From positions 1 through 61,775 of IMG/VR virus record IMGVR_UViG_3300023112_000002: a DNA stretch of 61,775 nt; one strand, written 5' to 3'. A model generated the notes under the pieces. It did not search any database. It was given only the letters and a program-made list of their open reading frames with translations, and was not told where the DNA came from. Source of the stretch: a virus. Its lineage: Duplodnaviria > Caudoviricetes. Both the position numbers and the translations under genes were made by a program. Positions 49,377 through 56,570 of this stretch are shown here, in pieces (the first letter of the stretch is position 1; every line of letters starts with the position of its first letter).

Positions 49377-50088
49377 CGATACTTATTGTTGAACCCTCAG
49401 CAAAGTAGGTGTTGTATACCTCCATAGCCCTCTCAATCTTATCCCTACCATTGGCAAGGAAGTTCTCAGAAGGATAGAAGATGCCTAACTGAAGGCTGAG
49501 TTTATCTACCACATAGAACACCAAAGGTTTATCAAACAACTGCTGATAGATATACGCTTGGCTATCGTAGTTATATTTACGCGCTGAGTATTTGAAGTCA
49601 CGGATATTGGAGGTGGTCTTGAGATCGATAAGGATATCAGGCGTAACAATATCTGCCTTACCCTTCCATTTCAATCCCATAATCTCTGTCACCGCAGGAA
49701 CCTCAAACGTATTCTCCTCTTGGTAGATAGCATCATAGAAATCTAAGTTGCTTTTCATCTTAGAGATGGCGCAGTCCGTAGCCTCCTTCTCTTTAGTAAG
49801 CATCATAAGAGGTACGCCGTGTTCGTCAATAGCCTCCTTGTATATCTTAGTATTGCGACTGCCAGAATCTATAGAAATGAACTCAGAAGAGGATAACTTC
49901 TCAGGCTCAAGCATAGCGGTATGGAAGTACCTACCTATAAGCATAGCTTTAGTCATCTCTTTAGATTTACCAAAGAGGTGTGGCTCGTTTAGTAGAGTAT
50001 ATATGTTGGAGTTGGATAGCCATTGCTGACCGAACTCTCCGTAATAATGCTCGTCTATCTGTAGCTTTGCAAGAATCTCTTTCATCAT
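49348..50088 (-). CDS. RecE/exonuclease VIII-like PD-(D/E)xK nuclease (DUF3799-like)
   Basis: LSNS, GRYFHTAMLEP, KGKADI, IDLKTT, YDSQAYIY. Confidence 0.8.
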   Translation of the reverse strand: MMKEILAKLQIDEHYYGEFGQQWLSNSNIYTLLNEPHLFGKSKEMTKAMLIGRYFHTAMLEPEKLSSSEFISIDSGSRNTKIYKEAIDEHGVPLMMLTKEKEATDCAISKMKSNLDFYDAIYQEENTFEVPAVTEIMGLKWKGKADIVTPDILIDLKTTSNIRDFKYSARKYNYDSQAYIYQQLFDKPLVFYVVDKLSLQLGIFYPSENFLANGRDKIERAMEVYNTYFAEGSTISIDDYIHKETL

Positions 50089-50684
50089 ACGTGCTTACTT
50101 AATTCCTTTTTTACCATAGCCTTGATGCTATACTTCTGCTCCAAAGTCTTGACGATTTTTGGCAACCCAAGTTCTTTATTGGCGGCGACAAACTTAAGAA
50201 CTTTTGCCCAATTCTCATCACCTATATCTAAAATTAAAGAGGTAGCCTCTTTCTTAGTAGCTTTCTTAGGGGTAGGGGTAGGCTCAGAGATAACTTTGTT
50301 TAAGTCCTCACCGATCCATAGACTGAGTCCTAATCCATGCATAGCTATAGCTTTAGCAGTAGACCTCTGTATCGTAGTGTTGATATCCATAGAGGTAACC
50401 TTATCCAAGAGGATAGACTTGTTTCTAAAGTCCATAACAGGTAGGTAGTCTACATGCTCTATGCCTTCGATAGTTATTCCCACCTTTACATAAGCAGTCC
50501 TTCCATCGGTAAAGAAGTTTAACCCAGTCTCTTCACACTCGTATACCTTACGCTGTGCTTGAGGGTATTCACTCTTGATTAGATGCCATGCGGTAGCCCA
50601 AGACATATAGTCGTGCTTACCTTTCTTCTCTACCTTTCCTTTGATATCGATAGAGGATAGTTGTTTGTAAATATTATTCTTCAT
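50085..50684 (-). CDS. Sak3/DUF1071-like single-strand annealing protein
   Basis: YMSWATAW, VKVGITI, YLPVMDFRNKSI, INTTIQRSTAKAIAMHGLGLSLWIGED. Confidence 0.8.
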   Translation of the reverse strand: MKNNIYKQLSSIDIKGKVEKKGKHDYMSWATAWHLIKSEYPQAQRKVYECEETGLNFFTDGRTAYVKVGITIEGIEHVDYLPVMDFRNKSILLDKVTSMDINTTIQRSTAKAIAMHGLGLSLWIGEDLNKVISEPTPTPKKATKKEATSLILDIGDENWAKVLKFVAANKELGLPKIVKTLEQKYSIKAMVKKELSKHV

Positions 50685-51078
50685 TTTTAATTAATTTTAA
50701 TTCTGATTTACGTTTAGTATATTTTAGTAGTAGCTTATCTCGTGAGTTCTTTAACCCCCGAATAAACTTATCGTTCTTACGAGTGTTCATCTCGTTCTGT
50801 ATCTTAAACTCAATAACGTCTAACTTCCTTGTGTAGTTATCTATAGCTATCATAAGGACACCCTTGCGCCACCCATGAGTGAAGAGATACTCCAACTCGT
50901 CTGACGTAGCGTCAGCATAGTAGCCCCCAGTTTTCGTAGTGTTGAGGATAGTGATAAGGTCTTTATACTTGTGTAGCATCATGCCGTAAGAAAGTATAGA
51001 CTCTTTGTTATCATCCCTTCTATAGCACGACCTCTTATCCCTTATAGCCTGATGGTAAAGATCGGTGTAGCTATACAC
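50674..51078 (-). CDS. Hypothetical protein
   Basis: 134-aa ORF within the operon. Confidence 0.7.
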   Translation of the reverse strand: MYSYTDLYHQAIRDKRSCYRRDDNKESILSYGMMLHKYKDLITILNTTKTGGYYADATSDELEYLFTHGWRKGVLMIAIDNYTRKLDVIEFKIQNEMNTRKNDKFIRGLKNSRDKLLLKYTKRKSELKLIKNEE

Positions 51079-51364
51079 GAGAGATTTGTTTAGCTAAATT
51101 TTTGTAGTCGGGATCAGACTCTACCAAAGCTTTAGCTTTTTTATATCCATGAAGGATAGTAGAGTGACATATATTCAATCCCTTTTCTTTGAGATACCTC
51201 TGTATATATGAGGTGCGGATAGGTCTTTCCATGCATAGGTAGTAGAGCAGAAACCTTGCGTCTACACACTCCCTCGCCCTCGATCCTTCGAACATCTCTG
51301 GTACGCTGATGTTAAATTCTTTCGCTACTGCCGTAGCGTAATTGTTAAATATTTCTTTCTTCAT
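51071..51364 (-). CDS. Second DnaA domain IV-like HTH protein
   Basis: VAKEFNIS..EMF..SRARECVDARFLLYYLC...HSTILHG; ATG 51364 preferred over 51388. Confidence 0.7.
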   Translation of the reverse strand: MKKEIFNNYATAVAKEFNISVPEMFEGSRARECVDARFLLYYLCMERPIRTSYIQRYLKEKGLNICHSTILHGYKKAKALVESDPDYKNLAKQISRV

Positions 51365-51650
51365 GTTTATTAAATTTAAGTAATGCAAGGTACAAACTTA
51401 GTGTAGAACACGCAAGTTTTATGCATACTATTTTTGTTTTATTTTCACTTTTGGTTATGCTATTAGGTGATTTGATTCACTTATAACGTGAGTTCATGTT
51501 CATTTTATGACTCTTATTGAACAAATAAGAGTAATATGTTCACTTATAATGAGCGCACTTCATGATAAACGGGCGCATTGGTACATATGTATCAGTCGTG
51601 TATGCTTTTTGTACTCTCTTTGGACATACGAGGGTAATATGTTCATTTAT

Positions 51651-51977
51651 TTACTCTTGTTGGACACACGAAGGTAGTTTGGTTTGTATGTCACGCCATG
51701 TTGATGGATGATCGTCTATTAGCACCCTTTTTAACGCTTGTAACTCGTCCCAGATTTCTTTGATGACCTTAGCTTGGTCTTTAATTGTTTTGTCTTTGAC
51801 TGTTTTTTCTCTGTTATCATTTAGCATTTCTATAGCGTCGTTACAGATTTCCTCTAAATCGAATCCGTTATGGTCTTGTAAAATAGGGGCGTACATACCT
51901 CTTGTGTACCACTCCTTAACGACCTCCCAAACGTCTGTTTCGCTCAGGTTCTTTTGTTGTGTTATTTTGATTTCCAT
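51651..51977 (-). CDS. Hypothetical early protein with a C-terminal coiled coil
   Basis: C-terminal half is paralogous to 52123..52251. Confidence 0.7.
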   Translation of the reverse strand: MEIKITQQKNLSETDVWEVVKEWYTRGMYAPILQDHNGFDLEEICNDAIEMLNDNREKTVKDKTIKDQAKVIKEIWDELQALKRVLIDDHPSTWRDIQTKLPSCVQQE

Positions 51978-52126
51978 TCTTGGTAAGTTAAAAAATTTGG
52001 GTTAGTAATTCCGATCTTATTGGAGAGCCATGTGTGTTCCCCATCACCCTCAACGTCTATGCTTCGCATAATTAAACCTTGCTTCCACGCCTCGTGGAGC
52101 CCTTCTGTTATTGCTTCTTTGTTCAT
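51962..52126 (-). CDS. Hypothetical early protein
   Basis: ATG 52126 (MNKEAITEG...) overlaps the stop of the upstream 42-aa gene. Confidence 0.6.
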   Translation of the reverse strand: MNKEAITEGLHEAWKQGLIMRSIDVEGDGEHTWLSNKIGITNPNFLTYQEWKSK

Positions 52127-52251
52127 TTGTTTTGAATTTGACTCCATACATCTCTGTGGTTGTCGATTAATGTTCTCTTTAAAGCTTGTAGTTCGCGCCA
52201 AAGTTCTTTGATGACCTTAGCTTGTTCCTTAATTGTTTTCTCTTTATCCAT
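52123..52251 (-). CDS. 42-aa coiled-coil protein (not in the ORF track)
   Basis: MDKEKTIKEQAKVIKELWRELQALKRTLIDNHRDVWSQIQNK. Confidence 0.7.
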   Translation of the reverse strand: MDKEKTIKEQAKVIKELWRELQALKRTLIDNHRDVWSQIQNK

Positions 52252-52573
52252 TGTTATATATGTTTATTAAGTATACTGCTACGTTATATAAGTCCTCGAT
52301 TGAACGCCATTTCTTTTGCTTGTTCCTCCTTAGAGAATTATCAATCATTCCATGCGGATCGAGTCCGTCATTTTCGATCTTCTCTACTACGGGCATCAAC
52401 CAATCCCATGATGTGTGGTATTTCATTTCGTCAGGGGTGTAGAAATGTTGTGCGTTTTCATCATCTGAATCAACGTCTAAGCAACCTGTGATGTACACAT
52501 CCCACTCGGTAGGATTGTATTTAGGTGTACCCACAGCACCCATAAATTCCGCTATTAGTTTATTGTTGTTCAT
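52244..52573 (-). CDS. NKLIAEFMG/SWxWLMPV family protein, copy 1
   Basis: Shares motifs with three other ORFs. Confidence 0.8.
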   Translation of the reverse strand: MNNNKLIAEFMGAVGTPKYNPTEWDVYITGCLDVDSDDENAQHFYTPDEMKYHTSWDWLMPVVEKIENDGLDPHGMIDNSLRRNKQKKWRSIEDLYNVAVYLINIYNNG

Positions 52574-52781
52574 CGCTATATATATTCGCTATGTTATTAA
52601 ATAGTCCTTCGTACTCATCGTATGTTTCATTGAAGTGGTCTTGCGCCTCTTCAGTAAACTGCATAACTTCTTTCGAAGAGATATAAGTTTGCTCCCCAAA
52701 ACGACCTTCAGTTAGTTGTGTAGCTAACTCGCTGACTAACTCCATGAAGATCGGATTGTCTATGTATATTTTATTGCTCAT
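52560..52781 (-). CDS. Hypothetical early protein
   Basis: 73-aa acidic ORF. Confidence 0.65.
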   Translation of the reverse strand: MSNKIYIDNPIFMELVSELATQLTEGRFGEQTYISSKEVMQFTEEAQDHFNETYDEYEGLFNNIANIYSDEQQ

Positions 52782-52980
52782 TCTTTCTTAATGCGTTAAA
52801 GGTTAATATGCTATCGGTAATCATCTCGTTGATGAGTTGCATAAGGTATTCATTGTCCTTAAACGTAGAGGTGAGGATATTCTCCGACTCTTCTACATTT
52901 AACTCTATGTCAAGGTTGTCTGCTTGTGCTTGGACATCCTCTATGCTCCATAGTAGTTCACTTCCGTTGTAGTATTTCAT
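52771..52980 (-). CDS. Hypothetical early protein
   Basis: 69 aa, WSIEDV motif. Confidence 0.65.
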   Translation of the reverse strand: MKYYNGSELLWSIEDVQAQADNLDIELNVEESENILTSTFKDNEYLMQLINEMITDSILTFNALRKNEQ

Positions 52981-52985
52981 TGTAT

Positions 52986-53108
52986 TAGTTTTTGTAATTG
53001 TTCAAGGATAATATCTAACATCTCTCCATCAGATAAATAGTTCTCTCCCTCTTCTGAGTACTTAGGGTTTTGGGCGTACTCAATTAATCCCTTGATTTGT
53101 TCTTTCAT
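52986..53108 (-). CDS. 40-aa hypothetical protein (not in the ORF track)
   Basis: MKEQIKGLIEYAQNPKYSEEGENYLSDGEMLDIILEQLQN fills the gap. Confidence 0.55.
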
Positions 53109-53109
53109 A

Positions 53110-53418
53110 TCAGCAGTATAAAGATGTTGGTATATCCTCTTGTAACTCTCGTATCTTCTCTATGTGTTTGAACCATGTGTATGTAGTCTCCGCTTCCTCC
53201 ACCATTCCTTCCCATGCTTTGTCCCCAAATTTTACTGCATCATCCTCGCATTCAGCTATAGAATCTCTCAATCCCTGAAGTTGATATAGCATCTCATCGT
53301 TGTAGTCATATCCTCCGTACTCATTGAAGATATCCCAACAATATCCGTTGAGGCTGTTTACTCTTTTTTCGTGTATATTCATTTTATATAGTTTAATAAT
53401 ATTATGTTGAGTATCCAT
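53110..53418 (-). CDS. Hypothetical early protein
   Basis: ORF track; the true start may be the ATG at 53382. Confidence 0.65.
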   Translation of the reverse strand: MDTQHNIIKLYKMNIHEKRVNSLNGYCWDIFNEYGGYDYNDEMLYQLQGLRDSIAECEDDAVKFGDKAWEGMVEEAETTYTWFKHIEKIRELQEDIPTSLYC

Positions 53419-53457
53419 ATACCTATGGTAATCAACTTTGCTTTCTTTGTAGTTGGA

Positions 53458-53778
53458 TTAGTAATCATCTTTGTCTGCGTTCATATCGTTCCAGAACCCC
53501 CCTGAACAATCCTTAGAGCAGAACTGACCTTGTTTCTCTACACGATTTGCATCGCAGTAGTCACACATAATTTCTTCTTCCTCCTCTTCAAACTCGTATA
53601 GGATTTCTCCATCTTTAGCAATGTATCCCTCCTCAATAAGAGAGACTGCCGATCTTCCGTAATGACCTTGTAGTGTCCAAGCCATGCCCGATCTGATTAA
53701 CTCAGAGAATAACTCTATAGATTCTCTATCGTTTAATTCGCCTACCTCGTAAGCTATGATTTGATTTGTTATATTCAT
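53458..53778 (-). CDS. Hypothetical protein with a C-terminal CxxC...CxxxC zinc ribbon
   Basis: AWTLQGHYGR, CDYC...FCSKDC. Confidence 0.7.
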   Translation of the reverse strand: MNITNQIIAYEVGELNDRESIELFSELIRSGMAWTLQGHYGRSAVSLIEEGYIAKDGEILYEFEEEEEEIMCDYCDANRVEKQGQFCSKDCSGGFWNDMNADKDDY

Positions 53779-53796
53779 AATATATTATTTAATTTG

Positions 53797-53906
53797 TACA
53801 CGCAGAGGAGTCGAACCTCGAACCCATATAGGAAATTCAGAGAACCTATTGAGGGAACACCTACATTGTATCCTGAAGTTTTTGCAAACCTACAATGCTA
53901 CGTGCA
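53797..53906 (-). ncRNA. tRNA-like structured RNA (acceptor-like stem plus T-arm, no anticodon arm)
   Basis: TGCACGTAG pairs with CTGCGTGTA; GAGG-TTCGACT-CCTC T-arm; two internal stems; entirely intergenic. Confidence 0.55.
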
Positions 53907-53911
53907 TGTTG

Positions 53912-54073
53912 TTACCTTTTGTTACAATTATTCCCATCACTCCATCCACCTCCGTTTCGATTGTTTCCGTACTCAGTCGCTCCTGATGAGGTAGCGCATG
54001 AGGTTAAACTCATAGCTACAAGTATAGCTACTAAGAGTGTGTATGCTAAGCATACCTTGTTTGTGTGTTTCAT
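53912..54073 (-). CDS. 53-aa putative lipoprotein (not in the ORF track)
   Basis: MKHTNKVCLAYTLLVAILVAMSLTS-CATSSG...: basic N-terminus, hydrophobic core, LTSC lipobox. Confidence 0.7.
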   Translation of the reverse strand: MKHTNKVCLAYTLLVAILVAMSLTSCATSSGATEYGNNRNGGGWSDGNNCNKR

Positions 54074-54204
54074 AGTTTAGATAGTTTTTCGTTTATTATT
54101 CTTAATTCCTCGATTGCAAATGTGCTTCCGTGAGCATCGCACTCATCCATCCACCAAAACAATTTCTTCTTGTCTTGCAGTAGTTCTTCTTTAGTTTTTT
54201 TCAT
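54070..54204 (-). CDS. 44-aa hypothetical protein (not in the ORF track)
   Basis: MKKTKEELLQDKKKLFWWMDECDAHGSTFAIEELRIINEKLSKL; ATGA coupling. Confidence 0.6.
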   Translation of the reverse strand: MKKTKEELLQDKKKLFWWMDECDAHGSTFAIEELRIINEKLSKL

Positions 54205-54210
54205 TGTATT

Positions 54211-54432
54211 TCATTTGTTATATTCTTTAATAAATTCTACTACTGCTTGGTACACTTCTTCGATGTTGCACGTTGTTAAGGCTACAGCTAAGTTATCCCA
54301 TCCTTCGGTGTTATCTTCAGGGTTTATACACTTCTTAGCTACTGGCATCAACCAATCCCATGAGATGTGGTACTCCATATACAATGGAGGTTTTACCCCC
54401 ATAAATTCTGCTATTAGTTTGTTGTTATCCAT
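54211..54432 (-). CDS. NKLIAEFMG/SWxWLMPV family protein, copy 2
   Basis: Shared motifs. Confidence 0.8.
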   Translation of the reverse strand: MDNNKLIAEFMGVKPPLYMEYHISWDWLMPVAKKCINPEDNTEGWDNLAVALTTCNIEEVYQAVVEFIKEYNK

Positions 54433-54712
54433 TGTTATATTCTTTAATAAATTCTACTATTGCTCGGTATGTGTTATCTATATCAAATGATAACACTGCA
54501 TTATGTACTCTATTGATAGCATCATCTACTTCGTCATCCTCACCAAACATGGCATCTATCTTCTCGCCTACTGGCATCAACCAAGACCATGATGTATGAA
54601 ACTCGTATGCCCAAAACTCTCCGCTATCTAACTCTAAGTTAGAAAGATGTAGGTTGCTTGGTATTTTAATATCCCATCCCATAAATTCTGCTATTAGTTT
54701 ATTGTCTTTCAT
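54425..54712 (-). CDS. NKLIAEFMG/SWxWLMPV family protein, copy 3
   Basis: Shared motifs. Confidence 0.8.
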   Translation of the reverse strand: MKDNKLIAEFMGWDIKIPSNLHLSNLELDSGEFWAYEFHTSWSWLMPVGEKIDAMFGEDDEVDDAINRVHNAVLSFDIDNTYRAIVEFIKEYNNG

Positions 54713-54957
54713 AGTTCCTTTGCATTACAGGTTAGCATATCAGTATCCATCTGCTCAAGTTCTTTTTCAGCTATGATATCCCATATCTCATCGAAGATAT
54801 CTTCTTCATACGTTTCAGGAGTGAGGTCGATCTTTGACGCTCTAAAATCTCCATTCACAATTCTTTTAATTTGTGAAGGTGTAAGATTGTCATCGGGTAG
54901 TTCTACCCCGAATGTTGTGGTGTATGTGCGCACAACTTCTATTTCAAATTTTTTCAT
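54709..54957 (-). CDS. Hypothetical early protein
   Basis: 82 aa, ATGA coupling. Confidence 0.65.
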   Translation of the reverse strand: MKKFEIEVVRTYTTTFGVELPDDNLTPSQIKRIVNGDFRASKIDLTPETYEEDIFDEIWDIIAEKELEQMDTDMLTCNAKEL

Positions 54958-55304
54958 TGTATTTCAATTAGTTTTCCGTTAATTTCTTCGTATTGATGTT
55001 CGCTCTCATCCTCCCACTCAGTGTAGTATAGGTAGTCTTGTTGGTATCCGATAAGCAATAAATCTTCATCCGTTTCCTCCTCATTCTTTGCTCTCTCTAT
55101 CGCTTCAGCCAACTCATCCCACCTCTCGTTATCTTGTACGTTCAAAGGTGTAAGGTCATCTACTTCTCGAAGGATTGCATCTCGGTCATTTCTACATTCA
55201 GTTAACGTACTCTTCTCAGACTTGGTGTAGAACACACCTTCGCCCCAGCACCAACCTTCGTTCATTCCTTCGCCCGTTATAGAGCATTTACGTGCGTATT
55301 TCAT
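54954..55304 (-). CDS. Hypothetical early protein
   Basis: 116 aa, RKCSITGEGMNEGW and YYTEWE; flanked by TGAAATAC repeats. Confidence 0.7.
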   Translation of the reverse strand: MKYARKCSITGEGMNEGWCWGEGVFYTKSEKSTLTECRNDRDAILREVDDLTPLNVQDNERWDELAEAIERAKNEEETDEDLLLIGYQQDYLYYTEWEDESEHQYEEINGKLIEIQ

Positions 55305-55633
55305 TTGTTATATTCTTTAATAAATTCTACTACTGCTTTGTAGGTTGCTTCGTGTAGTGTTAATCCAACCTCAAAGATTCTTCTATACTTTTCGTCCTCT
55401 TTGTAGCATAGAATTACACATTGGTCAGACTCATTGTTTGTTTCTATTGTTATGGTGTGATATAACTCACCAATCTTTTCTACAACAGGCATCAACCAAT
55501 TCCATGAAGTGTGATATTGTGCTTGTTCATACACATCTACATCTACGTTTATCTTTCCTTGATGTAGTGAGGCTAATGAATCCTTGAAAGAATCCATCCC
55601 CATAAATTCTACTATTAGTTTGTTATCGTTCAT
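55301..55633 (-). CDS. NKLIAEFMG/SWxWLMPV family protein, copy 4
   Basis: Shared motifs. Confidence 0.8.
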   Translation of the reverse strand: MNDNKLIVEFMGMDSFKDSLASLHQGKINVDVDVYEQAQYHTSWNWLMPVVEKIGELYHTITIETNNESDQCVILCYKEDEKYRRIFEVGLTLHEATYKAVVEFIKEYNK

Positions 55634-55776
55634 GCTTTCTTAATTGTGTCGATTATTTTTACTCCCGATGCGCTCACCTTGTCGTACCATCTTGAAAAGT
55701 GTAGTTCGTTGTTGAACGTCTTGGTTTTAGTTATGTAGCGATTGCCTCGCTTGATTGATATGTCGTATGTTATCAT
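55630..55776 (-). CDS. 48-aa hypothetical protein (not in the ORF track)
   Basis: MITYDISIKRGNRYITKTKTFNNELHFSRWYDKVSASGVKIIDTIKKA; ATGA overlaps at both ends. Confidence 0.65.
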   Translation of the reverse strand: MITYDISIKRGNRYITKTKTFNNELHFSRWYDKVSASGVKIIDTIKKA

Positions 55777-56045
55777 AGTAGTGAAGGTATTGTTGCAAGG
55801 AGAACGTGAATCTTCTTGAAGTGATTGATGTACTCAAGTTCATCGTTTAAAGCGTCCAAAAGTTCGTCCATCGAATACTCGTCATCAACACATCCCTCAA
55901 CCTCTGCATATAGACTCTTAGCACGTTCGTATGAGTAGAGCATATGGTCGTGGTAGGTGTCTCCGCGCTGACCTTCGACTACGTAGATTCCATACGTAGC
56001 GTATGTGTCGTATATCTTGCGCATTATGTTTTGTGCTTTGTTCAT
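55773..56045 (-). CDS. Hypothetical early protein
   Basis: 90 aa, coupled. Confidence 0.65.
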   Translation of the reverse strand: MNKAQNIMRKIYDTYATYGIYVVEGQRGDTYHDHMLYSYERAKSLYAEVEGCVDDEYSMDELLDALNDELEYINHFKKIHVLLATIPSLL

Positions 56046-56242
56046 TTTGATAGGTGGTTTAAGATTTCTTGCGCTTTGTCCATCGCATAGCTACGTTGTT
56101 GTGTCATCGTTCCAGCAACTTGTGGTGTAGGTAGCATAATGCTATATGCCTTGTCTCCTACCTTTAAAGTGTAGAACTCTTGGTGACGTTGGATAGCATT
56201 AGCCATCTCGTTTGTGTGGTTGTTTGTTTCTTCTAAAGTCAT
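56042..56242 (-). CDS. Hypothetical early protein
   Basis: 66 aa. Confidence 0.65.
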   Translation of the reverse strand: MTLEETNNHTNEMANAIQRHQEFYTLKVGDKAYSIMLPTPQVAGTMTQQRSYAMDKAQEILNHLSK

Positions 56243-56268
56243 CTTAAATTAGATTGGTGAATAATTAG

Positions 56269-56315
56269 AGCGGAGAAACGGAGCGAATCGTTTCGAGGTG
56301 CGCACTACCTCCGCT
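56269..56315 (-). ncRNA. Compact multi-stem intergenic RNA element
   Basis: AGCGGAG...CTCCGCT closing stem around GAGGT/ACCTC and GAAACG/CGTTTC hairpins; GC-rich within an AT-rich spacer. Confidence 0.45.
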
Positions 56316-56322
56316 TGTTGGT

Positions 56323-56547
56323 CTATCCTATCTCGATATCCCTATTCTCGATAGCCTCTTGCATCTCATCTTCCCAATCTGAAGAGAGCATATTCTCGTA
56401 CACCTCCTCTCGTGTAACGTGCGCCCAATTCGTGCGGATGTTGTACTGACCTGATGCAACCATCTCGTCAGATGGGGTGTAGTACACCTCAATTCTGATG
56501 TTGTCTATGTCTCTCTGTCCGCAGTTAACTACTCTAAAATCGTTCAT
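56323..56547 (-). CDS. Hypothetical early protein
   Basis: 74 aa, directly downstream of the ribozyme. Confidence 0.7.
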   Translation of the reverse strand: MNDFRVVNCGQRDIDNIRIEVYYTPSDEMVASGQYNIRTNWAHVTREEVYENMLSSDWEDEMQEAIENRDIEIG

Positions 56548-56570
56548 GGTATATGTATTAGTTAATAAAT

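Noticed and set aside
53984-54010. CTGATGA on the plus strand as a second hammerhead
   Set aside because: No stem II followed by GAAA; it lies antisense within the lipoprotein CDS
52244-55633. Repeats in the early region as a CRISPR array or DGR template/variable repeats
   Set aside because: The repeats are in-frame coding anchors with irregular spacing; there are no cas or reverse transcriptase genes, and the differences are not adenine-specific
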